Assembly: GCA_963662615.2 (NCBI GenBank)
Contig: CAXXSR010000001.1
Coordinates: forward strand, 1,376,001-1,440,000
Origin: Dehalococcoidia bacterium
GTDB taxonomy: Bacteria; Chloroflexota; Dehalococcoidia; Bin125
Direction: 5' to 3'
DNA: 64,000 bases
In this document: one piece after another, positions 20,337 to 30,837 of the stretch
Layout of the letters: every line of letters starts with the position of its first letter
How positions within the stretch are numbered: the first letter of the stretch is position 1
Translations under genes and position numbers: made by a program
Notes under the pieces: generated by a model
Told to the model about the DNA's origin: nothing
The model's input: the letters and a program-made list of their open reading frames with translations, nothing else
Databases searched by the model: none

Positions 20337-21536
20337 GTGAAGGGGACGGATTACGACATCGTCGTCGTGGGCGGTGGCGTCTGCGGCGCGAGCCTGGCGA
20401 CAGTGATGGCGCGAGCCGACACGCGCGTCCTGGTGTTCGAACGTGAAACGCAGTTTCGGGACCGAGTGCGTGGGGAGTACGTTGAGCCCTGGGGCGTGGC
20501 GGAACTGCACGCGCTGACCATCTACCGCACCCTCAAAGAGGCAGGGGCACACGAGCTGCTGACATTGACGACCGGCTCTGCCCGCAAGGAGCCCCGCGAC
20601 CTGGTCCGGACCTCGGCGCCTCGGCGGCCCGCTCTGACCTTCTACCATCCCAGCGCGCAAGAGGCCCTGCTGAACAGGGCGGCCGCCGCCGGGGCGGAGG
20701 TCCGGCGCGGTGCATCGGTGCGCAAGGTCCGGCCGGCCTCGCCACCGAGCGTCGTGGTGCATCACGACGGGCGCAGCGAGGAGATCACCGCTCGACTGGT
20801 CGTGGGCGCCGACGGGCGCAGCTCACTGGCGCGCAAAGCACTGGCACCGGCCGATCACACCAACGACCAAGCGCGCCTCATCGCCGGCGTGCTCCTGGAC
20901 GGCGTATCGACGCCCGAGAACAGCGCCCTGATCGCCATGAACCCCAAGGCGAGCCTCGTTGCCTATCTGTTCCCGCAGGGTGGGGGACGCGCTCGGGCCT
21001 ACGTGGCGTTCCGAGCAGGCGCCTGCGAACCCATGCGGGGCGAGGGCGATCTCGATCGCCTGATCGACGCCAGCGTGGAGGCCGGAGCGCCGGCCGAGGC
21101 GTATGCGGGCGTCACCGCGAGCGGGCCACTGGCGACGTTTGCGGGTACGGAACGCTGGGCGGATCATCCCTATCGGGATGGCGTCGTCCTGATCGGCGAT
21201 GCGGCCGGCATCAGCGACCCCACCTGGGGGCAGGGCCTCTCGCTGGGCTTCCGCGACGTGCGCGTGCTGCGCGACCTTCTGCTGGCGAGCCAAGACTGGG
21301 ACGCGGCCGGGCACGCCTATGCGGTCGCGCACGATTGCTACTTCCTCACGACCCTGAAGGTGGTGGGCTGGGTGACCGAGTTCTTCTTGGGCGTGGGTCC
21401 GGAGGCGGACGAGCGGCGGGCGCGGGCGCGGCCCCTCGCGCGCCAAGACCCCACGCGCGTGCCCGATCACATTGTCAGCGGGCCGGATCTTCCGGCGGAC
21501 GAGACCGTGCGGCGCCGCTTCTTCGGCGAGGAGTAG
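20337..21536 (+). CDS. FAD-dependent monooxygenase/oxidoreductase
   Basis: DIVVVGGGVCG, DRVRGE, VVGADGRSS, LIGDAAG..DPTWGQG. Confidence 0.9.
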   Translation: MKGTDYDIVVVGGGVCGASLATVMARADTRVLVFERETQFRDRVRGEYVEPWGVAELHALTIYRTLKEAGAHELLTLTTGSARKEPRDLVRTSAPRRPALTFYHPSAQEALLNRAAAAGAEVRRGASVRKVRPASPPSVVVHHDGRSEEITARLVVGADGRSSLARKALAPADHTNDQARLIAGVLLDGVSTPENSALIAMNPKASLVAYLFPQGGGRARAYVAFRAGACEPMRGEGDLDRLIDASVEAGAPAEAYAGVTASGPLATFAGTERWADHPYRDGVVLIGDAAGISDPTWGQGLSLGFRDVRVLRDLLLASQDWDAAGHAYAVAHDCYFLTTLKVVGWVTEFFLGVGPEADERRARARPLARQDPTRVPDHIVSGPDLPADETVRRRFFGEE

Positions 21537-21783
21537 GGCGATCCCGGTCACCGTGGAGTTGCCCAGCGACTAGCGCACATCGGGTCGGTGGGCAGCGGCA
21601 GCCGGTCGCTGTCGGGCCGGCCCCCTCTTTGCGCCAATGTCTTCGCGCCAATGCCTTCGCCCCAAAAGCGCGCGCGGCGGCGGCATCGCCAACAGCTGCG
21701 ACGCTGGTACCCTCTCCCTCGTCCCGCAGTAGCGCCCCTACAACTGCGGAAGCGACGGGGCGTCTCGCCGCCGGGGAATGCAG

Positions 21784-22527
21784 ATGACGGGGCTCCGCTT
21801 GAAGATGCATCAGCCAACGCTGCGCCTCGCCGCGCTCCTCGCGCTCGCCGCGCTCCTCGGCCTCTCCGGGACGCACGCGCTCCTCGGGGCCCAGGGGGAC
21901 GGCGCCGGAGAAACCCCCGAAGTCGGGGCCTTGCAGCTCCCGCAAGGGTTGAGCCTTGTGGGCTGGTTCGGCGGGCCCACGACCTCTGCGGAGTTGCTCG
22001 CCGCCAATCCCGCCATCCAGCGCATCTGGTCGTTCGATCCCGACCGCCGGCGCTGGATCCTTGACGCGCCGGAACTGCCGGTCGCGCTTCGCCCCACCAT
22101 CGAGATCGTTCGCGGCTCGGGCTTTTTCGTCGTCGCCGCGCACCGCACGACGCTCCTCGTCCCGCTCGCCGGCCCTCCCATCGCCAACGTCTGTCCCCGT
22201 CCCAGCCCCGTCCGCTTCGCCGACCCCACCATCATCGTGCGCGTGCCCACGCCGGGCGCGCTCGTATCGAGCCCGCTCCCTCTCGACGGCACGGCCGGCG
22301 TCTTCAACGCCACCATCCGCATCCGCATCGTCGCTGCCGGCGGCGCCATCCTCGCCGACACCTTCACGACTGCGGCCGCCGCCGGCCCCGCCCGCAGCCC
22401 CTTCGCCGCGGACGTCGCCTACGCCGGAAGCGAACAGCGACCCGGCTGCCTCCAGCTCTTTGAGGAGTCCCCCAACGACGGCAGTCTCATCAATGAAGTG
22501 CAGGTCCCGGTCATCCTCGGTCCCTGA
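21784..22527 (+). CDS. Secreted Gmad2 immunoglobulin-like domain protein
   Basis: Signal peptide; GLSLVGW module; C-terminal VSSPL...GTA.VF.A...FEESPNDGS..NEVQVPV. Confidence 0.75.
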   Translation: MTGLRLKMHQPTLRLAALLALAALLGLSGTHALLGAQGDGAGETPEVGALQLPQGLSLVGWFGGPTTSAELLAANPAIQRIWSFDPDRRRWILDAPELPVALRPTIEIVRGSGFFVVAAHRTTLLVPLAGPPIANVCPRPSPVRFADPTIIVRVPTPGALVSSPLPLDGTAGVFNATIRIRIVAAGGAILADTFTTAAAAGPARSPFAADVAYAGSEQRPGCLQLFEESPNDGSLINEVQVPVILGP

Positions 22528-22707
22528 CCCCCACGCCGCCTCACCCGCCACCCCAGCGGCACATCATCTCTAGCTGACGACACCAGCGCTCGGGGCGACC
22601 GACGGGGGCAACGCGCACCGCGGCCGAGTTGAGCAGCACCTCTTTGGCGGAGCCCGAATGCGTCAGGCACCCGCCGACCGCTCCACGACCGCTCAGACTG
22701 GCACCGC

Positions 22708-23814
22708 TCAGACGGGCGAAGCCTGTTTCGCAGTCAGGACGCCCAGATGTTCAATGAGCGGGGCGATCTCGGCGCGCGTGTGCTCGGCCATCAGACAGAT
22801 CTGGAAAAGATTGCGCTCCGCCAGGTACTCGCTGCGGTAGCTCAGCAAGAACCCCTTGCGCTCACAGGACGCACCCAGCGCCGTGGAATCCAACTCGGGC
22901 GGCAGCACGACGGTCAGCACGGCGGGGGACGCGACCGACTCAGGCGCCAGGACGCGAAGCCCCAGTCGCCCAAGCTCGGAACGCAACCACCGCGCCAGGT
23001 TCTCCGTCCGCGCAAAAAGCTGGTCGGAGCCCGCCGCCCCATGTTCCGTGTGAAACCGGTCCAGAGCAGCGTCCAGCGCATACACGAGGTTTGAGGATTG
23101 GGAGAACGGGACGCCTTGGCTGCTCGCGTAGATCCCCAGGTCAAGATAGCGCGGGATCTGGGGGGACGGCGAAATCTCATGGTGGTAGAACACCATTGCC
23201 AGCCCCGGGAAGCTGCCCAGACCCTTGCCGCTCACGCCCGACGCCAGGAACACGCCGCCCAGGTCCACCGGCGCCGTGCCGATCGAGCTGACCGCGTCGA
23301 GGCACAAACGCACTCCCTGCTCGCCGCTAATCCCTTTCAACGAGTCCAGGTCGGACAGCACGCCGGTTGACGTCTCACAATGCACGGCCCACAGCCACCG
23401 CACGTCGCGATTCGCCGCCAGCGTTGCGCGGATCTCGCCGTACGGAATCGCTTTGCCCCACGGCGCGGAGATGCTGTCGAACGACAGCGCGAACCGCTTC
23501 GCATGCTCCCGAAGGCGGTCACCGAACTCACCGTTGCTCACGATGAGGCCCCGCTCGCCACGCACCGAGAGTTGAGCGCCGATGGCGTCGTTGGCGAGCG
23601 TGCCCGACCCCAGCAGCAACTCGACCCGCCTGGCGCCTACCAACTCGCACAGCCGCTCTCGGACCTGTTGCGCGTCGTCCAGGAAAGAGCGCGCGCGGTG
23701 CGAGACGGCGCTTCGCATGAACGCCTCTCGCACCCGTGGCTGGATGGTCACAGGTCCCGGGAGCAGGTTGACGATTTCCAGATCCGCTTCAGGGGCCCGA
23801 CTCAAGACTCTCAC
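22708..23814 (-). CDS. Class V PLP-dependent aminotransferase
   Basis: LLPGPV, SHR, GSGTLAND, NGEFGDRL, HCETSTG, DAVSS, SGKGL. Confidence 0.9.
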   Translation of the reverse strand: MRVLSRAPEADLEIVNLLPGPVTIQPRVREAFMRSAVSHRARSFLDDAQQVRERLCELVGARRVELLLGSGTLANDAIGAQLSVRGERGLIVSNGEFGDRLREHAKRFALSFDSISAPWGKAIPYGEIRATLAANRDVRWLWAVHCETSTGVLSDLDSLKGISGEQGVRLCLDAVSSIGTAPVDLGGVFLASGVSGKGLGSFPGLAMVFYHHEISPSPQIPRYLDLGIYASSQGVPFSQSSNLVYALDAALDRFHTEHGAAGSDQLFARTENLARWLRSELGRLGLRVLAPESVASPAVLTVVLPPELDSTALGASCERKGFLLSYRSEYLAERNLFQICLMAEHTRAEIAPLIEHLGVLTAKQASPV

Positions 23815-24391
23815 CCCCGTCGCCCCCCGGCCCGCCGCGCCTCTGGAGACGGTGAATCGTCTTTTTCAGCGTTGGCCATGTGATGCACATGCCTTGATAG
23901 AGAGCGCCCTCGTCACCCAGCCGCGGGCCGAACGGCTCGAAGCCCAAGCGACCATACATCCTTTCCTGGTCCACGTGGCCGGAGATGACGGCAACGTCAT
24001 AACCCTTCCCCTGGCAGTGCCACATCAGCAGCCGCAGCAGTCCGGCGAACACCGGGCCCCGCCGATACTTCGGTTCTACGGCCAGCAGGCGAATCTCGCA
24101 GGGCTTCGACCGGCCTGCCGGCAGATAGGAGTCAAGCTCGGGCAGCTTGCGGTCCAGGCTGAACGGTCGGCGTCCGCTCATCGCCACCATGCCCACGAGC
24201 CGTCTCGCGTCCAGGCAGATCAGACACGTGCTCCGCTCAAGGTAGGGGTCCGCCAGCCGTCCCCACTCGTTCGACTCGTGCTGCGGGATCTCATCCACGA
24301 AGGTCCGGTAGTTCAGGGCGGAGACTTGTCCGAACTCCTCGGGCTCGCTCGCCACCTTGAAGGTGAGACGCGATTGCAACGCACGCTCCAC
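23789..24391 (-). CDS. GNAT N-acyltransferase (N-acyl synthase-like)
   Basis: LNYRTFVDEIPQH, RPFSLDRKL, CEIRLLAV, Y..LGF.PFG; AGGAG RBS. Confidence 0.85.
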   Translation of the reverse strand: MERALQSRLTFKVASEPEEFGQVSALNYRTFVDEIPQHESNEWGRLADPYLERSTCLICLDARRLVGMVAMSGRRPFSLDRKLPELDSYLPAGRSKPCEIRLLAVEPKYRRGPVFAGLLRLLMWHCQGKGYDVAVISGHVDQERMYGRLGFEPFGPRLGDEGALYQGMCITWPTLKKTIHRLQRRGGPGGDGGESLESGP

Positions 24392-24399
24392 GACACTCC

Positions 24400-25155
24400 T
24401 CAGCTTGACGCCATCCGCGCCTCGGCCTTCCGCCGGCGTGCGTATCTGCCAATATTCTCTCGGTTCCTACTGAGGGTGATCCCCGCCAGCAGCAGCACCA
24501 CCGCTTCGCGCATGCCAACGCCGTTGCGCAGAATAACCAGGGCGGGTACGAGGGAGGCTGTCACCAGGCCTCGTCCTCCGAACCGCCGCAGCGTAAGAAA
24601 CGTCGGGAAAAAGATGAAGACGATGACGCGCGCCGCGGCCAGATGGTAGACGGTCAGGACCCCGGCGGCTGTGGCCGCCCCCTTCCCACCTCGGAATCCC
24701 AGTTGCGCCGGCCAGATGTGCCCCACCACCACCGCCACGGCGACTGCTCCCAGCGCCGCGCCGTCCAGGCCCGCCGCCTTGGCCAGCTTGACGGCCGCCG
24801 CTCCCTTGGCGCAATCGAACGCGAAGACCCCTGCGAACGCGGCCTTCCCCAAGACGCGCCCGGCGTTGGTCGCGCCGGTGCTCCCCGACCCGATCTCCCG
24901 GACATCTTCGTTGGCGAGCAGACGCACCGTGTAATAGCCGGCGTTGACCGCCCCCAGCGCGTAGCTGCCGAGCACGATCAGAACCTCACGCCCGCGTCCG
25001 CGGACCGGCGGCCCCTCGATGCCCAAGCGGGCCCGGCCGGCCCCGGCGCCGTCCCTGGGACGAGTGGGGCTGCCACCGCGCCTTGCATCAGCCCACCAGA
25101 GCAGGAGGGCGCTGAGGACAACGAAGGCCAACGAGATTGCTGTTTCCCTTCCCAC
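24400..25155 (-). CDS. plsY: PlsY-like glycerol-3-phosphate acyltransferase
   Basis: SYALGA, DVREIGSGSTGATN.GR.LG, D.AKG, GHIWP..LGFRGGKG.AT, RENI; start uncertain. Confidence 0.8.
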   Translation of the reverse strand: MGRETAISLAFVVLSALLLWWADARRGGSPTRPRDGAGAGRARLGIEGPPVRGRGREVLIVLGSYALGAVNAGYYTVRLLANEDVREIGSGSTGATNAGRVLGKAAFAGVFAFDCAKGAAAVKLAKAAGLDGAALGAVAVAVVVGHIWPAQLGFRGGKGAATAAGVLTVYHLAAARVIVFIFFPTFLTLRRFGGRGLVTASLVPALVILRNGVGMREAVVLLLAGITLSRNRENIGRYARRRKAEARMASS

Positions 25156-25387
25156 CCCTGTGGACGGCGGTGCCTTCTCTGGACTCAAGGCCTCTGACGC
25201 AACCGTCTCGGGCGGCCCCGTGCATCCTCGCCGACGATCGGGCCCCGAAGCGTCCGCAACGAAACTCCGCCGCCTTGGCCGCGGCTCGCACCGCCCTCCC
25301 TTGGCCTGGAACGTAGCACACGGCGTCGCCCCAACGGCGGCGCACGGCTGGCGGCCTGACCGACGCACCGACCGGCCACTTCGCCAC

Positions 25388-25415
25388 TTGACGCGCTCCG
25401 CCGCCGGCCTAGGAT
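25388..25415 (+). promoter_or_regulatory. sigma70-like promoter
   Basis: TTGACG-N16-TAGGAT upstream of the GYD gene. Confidence 0.45.
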
Positions 25416-25455
25416 CGGGAGACGCCGCAAGACCAGGAAAGGGGAGGAGCCCGCC

Positions 25456-25749
25456 ATGCCCAGCTACGTCGTCCTCGGCAACTACACCGACCAGGGCGTC
25501 CGCGCCATGAAGGACCTGGAGAGCCGCCTAGGCGGCGTGAAACAGCAGATGGAGCAGGCCGGCGGGCGCATGATCGCCTGGTACCTCACCATCGGCCCCT
25601 ACGACTTCGTCGCCGTGACGGAGATGCCCGACGCCGAGACCGCCGCCCGCGTCCTGCTCGAGATTGGCGCTCAGGGCAACGTCCGCACCACCACCATGCA
25701 GGCCTTTACCGAAGAGGAAGCGATCGGGATCGCTCGCTCCCTGACCTAA
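25456..25749 (+). CDS. GYD domain protein
   Basis: YTDQG...YLTIGPYD...GNVRTTTMQAF; GAGGAG RBS. Confidence 0.9.
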   Translation: MPSYVVLGNYTDQGVRAMKDLESRLGGVKQQMEQAGGRMIAWYLTIGPYDFVAVTEMPDAETAARVLLEIGAQGNVRTTTMQAFTEEEAIGIARSLT

Positions 25750-25795
25750 CCTCGGCCGGGATTCCGGTCACAGGCGCCGCATGGACGGCCGGCCG

Positions 25796-27028
25796 TCAGA
25801 TCGCGCCCTCTGCGCGCGCCTGCGCGATCTCGGCCTCGCCGTAGCCCGCCAGCTCCCGCAGGATCTCCTCCGTGTGCTCCCCCAACGACGGCGACGCCGT
25901 CACCTCCACCGCTGAGTCCGACAGCTTGATCGGACAGCCCACCGTCTTGAACCTGCCCCGTTGAGGGTGCTCCACCTCCACCACCCCACCCCGCGCCGCC
26001 AGCGACTCGTCCTCCAGCAGCTCCTTCATGTCCAGGATCGGCCCGCAGGGCACGTTGACCTCGTTCAGCGCCCTCATCGCCTCGAACTTGGTCAACCCAC
26101 GTGTCCACTCCTCCACCACACCGAACACGTCGTCCAAAAGGGAGAGGCGCGCCTCCGGCGTGGCGTACTCCGGCTGATCGATCAGCTCCGCCCGCCCACA
26201 CAGCTTCATCAGCGGCGCCCAACCCGGCGGTTGGATGATCACGTAGATGTAATCGTTGGGCCCGCCCGGCTTGCAGCGCAGCGCCGCCCCCGGCTGCCCC
26301 CCTCCCGACGCGTTGCCGGCACGCGGCACCGCCTCCCCCAACGTCTCGTTGGGATACTCGTCCAACGGCCCGCTGGCCAGCCGCTGCTGATCGCGAAGCT
26401 TGACGCGGCACAGGTTCAGCACGGCATCCTGCATGGCGACCTCCACACGCTGGCCGCGCCCCGTCTTTTCCCGCTGCAACAGCGCCGCCAAGATGCCCGC
26501 CAGCGTGTGCACGCCCGTCCCGGAGTCTCCGATCTGCGCGGCCGAGCTGGTCGGCGGCCCGTCCTCCCAGCCCGTTGTGCTCATCGCACCGCCCATCGCC
26601 TGCGCAACGGTCTCGTACGCCTTCAACTCCGCGTACGGCCCCGGACCAAACCCCTTGATCGACGCGTAGATGATTCGCGGATTGAGCCGTTCGATCACCT
26701 CCCACGGGAACCCTTGCCGGTCCAGCGCGCCCGGCGCGAAGTTCTCCACGATCACGTCGCAACTCTTCAGCAGGCTCTCGAAGATCGCTTTGCCCGTCCC
26801 GGTCTTGGTGTTGAGGGTGATGCTGCGCTTGTTGCAATTGAGCATCGTGAAGTAGAGGCTGTCCACGTCCGGCAGGTCCCGCAGCTGCCCGCGCGTGATG
26901 TCGCCCCGGCCCGGCAACTCCACCTTGATTACGTCGGCGCCCAGCCAGGCCAACAACTGCGTGCAAGAAGGACCTGCTTGCACGTGGGTCATGTCCAGCA
27001 CGCGGGTCCCGTCCAGAGCTTGTGCCAT
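25796..27028 (-). CDS. frc: Formyl-CoA transferase (family III CoA transferase)
   Basis: [15 protein letters not shown], catalytic [20 protein letters not shown] loop. Confidence 0.93.
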   Translation of the reverse strand: MAQALDGTRVLDMTHVQAGPSCTQLLAWLGADVIKVELPGRGDITRGQLRDLPDVDSLYFTMLNCNKRSITLNTKTGTGKAIFESLLKSCDVIVENFAPGALDRQGFPWEVIERLNPRIIYASIKGFGPGPYAELKAYETVAQAMGGAMSTTGWEDGPPTSSAAQIGDSGTGVHTLAGILAALLQREKTGRGQRVEVAMQDAVLNLCRVKLRDQQRLASGPLDEYPNETLGEAVPRAGNASGGGQPGAALRCKPGGPNDYIYVIIQPPGWAPLMKLCGRAELIDQPEYATPEARLSLLDDVFGVVEEWTRGLTKFEAMRALNEVNVPCGPILDMKELLEDESLAARGGVVEVEHPQRGRFKTVGCPIKLSDSAVEVTASPSLGEHTEEILRELAGYGEAEIAQARAEGAI

Positions 27029-27106
27029 GATCGTCCTCGCTGCGCGTTCGCGCGCTCACCACGCCGACGCCGCCCGCCGCCGTCGCTTCCGCATCGCCCC
27101 GAGCCG

Positions 27107-28825
27107 CTACCGGTACATGGTTTGATTCTTGGTGCCGGGCGCGAACTCGTTCGGGTCCACCCAAACGTTCAGCAGCGCCGACGTCCCCGATTGCACCGCT
27201 TCCCGCCCGCGCTCCAGCGCCGGCCGGATCTGATCCGGCGTCCGCACCGCCTCGCCGTAGCCACCCAGCATCTCCGCGAACCGCTCGAACGGGACGTCGC
27301 CCAGCTTGTTGCCCACGCCGCCACGATCTTCGCCGTACTTCATCGTTTGGCCGAAGCGGATCTGATTCATCGAAGAATTATTGCCAATCACCCCCAGGAA
27401 CGGCAGCTTGAAGCGCTGAGCCGTCTCCAGGTCCCAGCCCGTCAGGGTGAATGCGCCGTCACCGAAGTAGCAGAGCACTTCCTTCTCGGGATGCACGTAC
27501 TTGGCCGCCAGCGCGAACGGCACGCCCACGCCCAGCGTGCCCAGCGGCCCCGGATCCATCCAGTGCCCGGGCGACCTCGGCTGCACCGCTTGAGCGCTGA
27601 TCGTCACCACGTCGCCGCCGTCGCCAATGTAGATCGTGTCCTCGCTGAGAAACTCGTTGATCTCGTAGGCCACCCGATACGGACTGATCGGCGTCGCCTC
27701 TGATCGCAGCTGCGGCAGCAGCTTCTCGTATCGCCTCTCCTCCTCCGCCCGCAGCGTCTGCAGCCAGCCGTCGCGCCTGCCGGCGCCAATGTCCAGCCGC
27801 CCCGTCGCCGCGTTGGTCACCGCCGTGAGGATGCGCCCCACGTCGCCCACCAGTCCCAGCGAGATGTCGCGGTTCTTTCCCACCGTCCGGTGGTCCATGT
27901 CAATCTGTGCCACCGTCGCGTCCGCGCCCAGACGCCTGCCGTAGCCCATGCGAAAGTCGAACGGCGTCCCCACAATGACAATCACGTCCGCCTGGTCGAA
28001 CGCCACCCGCCGCGTGTGCTGGAAAAAGTGCGCATCCCCAGGCGGGAACGTGCCTCGGCCCGCCCCGTTCATGTAGGCGGGAATGTTCAGCGTGCGCGCG
28101 AACGCGCGCGCCGCCTCCGTCGCCCGACAGCTCCACACCTGCGACCCGAACAGCACGCAGGGCCGCTCCGACGCCACCAGCAGGTCCGCCAGCTGCTCAA
28201 TGTCGTCCGGATCCGCAAGCACCTTCGTCGACGCGCGGTACCGCCCGGCCGCCGGGATGCGCGCGCTGCCCAGCGCCACTTTCCCGTCCAGGACGTCACG
28301 CGGGATCTCCAGAAACGACGGGCCCGGCGCGCCGTTGAAGCATTCACGAAACGCCATCGACACCAGATCCGCCACGCGCTCGGTGCGGGGCACGCTGGCC
28401 GCGAACTTCGTGATCGGCCGCAGCATGTCCACGTGCGGCAGCTCCTGCAGCGACCCCATCTGATGTTGCGACAATGCTCCTTGCCCGCCGATCAGCAACA
28501 TCGCGCTCTCGGCCCGGAACGCGTTCGCCACCCCTGTGATCGCGTCGGTCGTGCCCGGCCCGGCCGTCACCACGGCGCAGCCCGGTACTCCCCGCATGCG
28601 CGCGTAGCCGTCGGCCGCGTGCGCCGCCACCTGCTCGTGGCGCACGTCAATGATGTCAATGCCTTCGTCCAGACAGCCGTCGTAAATATCAATGATGTGG
28701 CCGCCGCAGAGGGTAAAGATGACCTCCACCCCCTCGTTCTTGAGCGCCTTCGCCACCAGGTGCCCGCCCGAGATCATCGCCTCCGGCGCCTCCGCCTGGC
28801 CCACCTTCTCTGCCGCTTCCACCAT
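27107..28825 (-). CDS. TPP-dependent enzyme (oxalyl-CoA decarboxylase/2-hydroxyacyl-CoA lyase-like)
   Basis: DVRHEQVAAHAADG, TAGPG, TPP motif GDGAF...NN; adjacent to frc. Confidence 0.88.
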   Translation of the reverse strand: MVEAAEKVGQAEAPEAMISGGHLVAKALKNEGVEVIFTLCGGHIIDIYDGCLDEGIDIIDVRHEQVAAHAADGYARMRGVPGCAVVTAGPGTTDAITGVANAFRAESAMLLIGGQGALSQHQMGSLQELPHVDMLRPITKFAASVPRTERVADLVSMAFRECFNGAPGPSFLEIPRDVLDGKVALGSARIPAAGRYRASTKVLADPDDIEQLADLLVASERPCVLFGSQVWSCRATEAARAFARTLNIPAYMNGAGRGTFPPGDAHFFQHTRRVAFDQADVIVIVGTPFDFRMGYGRRLGADATVAQIDMDHRTVGKNRDISLGLVGDVGRILTAVTNAATGRLDIGAGRRDGWLQTLRAEEERRYEKLLPQLRSEATPISPYRVAYEINEFLSEDTIYIGDGGDVVTISAQAVQPRSPGHWMDPGPLGTLGVGVPFALAAKYVHPEKEVLCYFGDGAFTLTGWDLETAQRFKLPFLGVIGNNSSMNQIRFGQTMKYGEDRGGVGNKLGDVPFERFAEMLGGYGEAVRTPDQIRPALERGREAVQSGTSALLNVWVDPNEFAPGTKNQTMYR

Positions 28826-28924
28826 GCCCTTGCTCCAATCGTCACGCGCAGGTTAGCGGATGGACCACGTCACTCCCGCGCCGGAGTTGGGTCAGCCCGT
28901 CGCGCCATGCCCGCGCCGTCTTCC

Positions 28925-30556
28925 TCAGCCCCCCAACGACCGCTCCAAGTCGGCGTCTGCGGCGCCTGCAACGTCACCGTCCGCCCTCGCGGCCGCGGCG
29001 ACGGCCTCCTCCTCCACCGCCTGATGCGTGCGCATCTTCCCGGGCACCATCGTCACCGCCACCAGCAGCGCCGCGCCAATAAAGCCCGCGCCTATGTAAA
29101 AGCCTGCGGAGATGGCCTCAACGAAGGCGGTGTTGGCGGCATCCAGCACCACCGTCGCCTGAGCGGCCGGCAAGTCCCGCGCCGTCACCACGGCCACGCC
29201 AATGCCTTCCGACACGTCCTCCACAATCCGCGCGGGCACGGCGCCCGCCAGCGCCTCCTCCACGTTGCTCCGGTACATGCCCGTGACAATGCTGCCCAGG
29301 ATCGCAATGCCCAGCGCCGCGCCGAGTTCGCGGCCGACGTTGTTGATCGCGGAGCCAATGCCGGCGTCATTCACGGGAACGGCCGCCATCACCGTATCCG
29401 TCAGCGGCGCCATCGCCATGCCGGCGCCGAAGCCGAACGTCATCAGCCCAATCGCCACCAGCAGATAGCTGCTGTCCACCTCCAGCTGCGCCAGCCAGAC
29501 CATGCCAAACAGGATCACCGCCGTCGCGACGATCGCCAGGACCCGCGGCCCTACCCGCTTATTGAGGACGCCCGCCAGCGGCGCCGCCACCATCAGCATT
29601 CCCGCCGTGGGCAGGATGAACAGACCGGCCTGGAAGGCGCTCTTGCCCTGCACGAGTTGGAAGTAGAGCGTCAGGAAAAAGAAGACGCCCAGCATCGCGA
29701 AGACGATCAGCGCGATCACCAACACGGAGCCGCTGAAGTCACGCCGCTTGAAGAAGTGCAGCGGCAGCATGGGCGCGGCGCTGCGCCGCTCCACCGCGAC
29801 GAACGCGCCCAAGAGCACCGCTGCGACCGCGAACGCCACCGCGATCTGCGGCTCCGTCCAGCCGGTTGCGCCGCCCTGGATAAGCGCATACACCAGCGCC
29901 AATAGGCCGCCGGTCCCTGCGACGACTCCGGGGAAGTCCAGGGGCAGCCGACGGCTGTCGCGCGACTCCGGGACGATGCGCATGCCCAGCAACGACAGCG
30001 CCACCACCGGCAGGTGCATCCAGAACACCGCTGACCAATTGATGCTGTCCACCAACCAGCCGCCCAGCAGCGGCCCCACGGCGATGCCGATGGCGCCCAC
30101 CCCCGTCCAGATGCCGATCGCCTTCGAGCGCTCCTCCCGCGGGAACACGTGCGTGATGATGGACAGCGTCGCCGGCAGCACGAGAGCGGCGCCGACCCCC
30201 TGAGCCCCGCGCGTGACGATCAACGTCTCCGCGTCGGGGGCGAGAGCGGAGCCCACTGAGGCCGCGCCAAACGTACACATCCCGATCACAAGCAAGCGGC
30301 GCCGGCCGAACCGATCACCCAGCGTGCCACCCATCAACATCAGACCGGCGAGCATGAGGATGTACCCGTCCACGACCCACTGCAGCGTGGACGTGGTCGC
30401 CCGCAAATCCCGCGCAATGGAGGGCAGCGCCGTGTTCACCACGGTGTTGTCCACCATGACCATGGCCAAGCTGAGCGACATCACCCCCAGCACCCACCAC
30501 CGCTTGGCGTAGGGCTGGGAGCGCCCAATCGTTGCCGTCATTGCCCCCTGCTTCAT
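28925..30556 (-). CDS. MFS transporter, DHA2 (14-TM) family
   Basis: DNTVVNTALP, LQWVVDGY, GTLGDRFGRR, GPLLGG. Confidence 0.93.
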   Translation of the reverse strand: MKQGAMTATIGRSQPYAKRWWVLGVMSLSLAMVMVDNTVVNTALPSIARDLRATTSTLQWVVDGYILMLAGLMLMGGTLGDRFGRRRLLVIGMCTFGAASVGSALAPDAETLIVTRGAQGVGAALVLPATLSIITHVFPREERSKAIGIWTGVGAIGIAVGPLLGGWLVDSINWSAVFWMHLPVVALSLLGMRIVPESRDSRRLPLDFPGVVAGTGGLLALVYALIQGGATGWTEPQIAVAFAVAAVLLGAFVAVERRSAAPMLPLHFFKRRDFSGSVLVIALIVFAMLGVFFFLTLYFQLVQGKSAFQAGLFILPTAGMLMVAAPLAGVLNKRVGPRVLAIVATAVILFGMVWLAQLEVDSSYLLVAIGLMTFGFGAGMAMAPLTDTVMAAVPVNDAGIGSAINNVGRELGAALGIAILGSIVTGMYRSNVEEALAGAVPARIVEDVSEGIGVAVVTARDLPAAQATVVLDAANTAFVEAISAGFYIGAGFIGAALLVAVTMVPGKMRTHQAVEEEAVAAAARADGDVAGAADADLERSLGG

Positions 30557-30837
30557 TCGACCTATCCACTCACCATCCGTCGCGGCGGCGAGCGAAATCC
30601 CCTCGCCGTTGCCCAGCGCTCATGCCTCAAGTCGTGACGGATCACCGGACCCAAGCCGCCATCCAATTATGCCTCGCTTGCAGCCCCCGTCTATATGCCC
30701 GGTTGCCCTCCGCAATCGCTAGCGGCTCGCCGGTACGCTATCCTCCGCCAGCGCGACCTCCTACTCCCTACAACCGGCCCGGCGACGGCAGGGGCCCCCA
30801 ACGTTGACGGGCGCGCTTTCCCACCTGGAGTGCGGTC

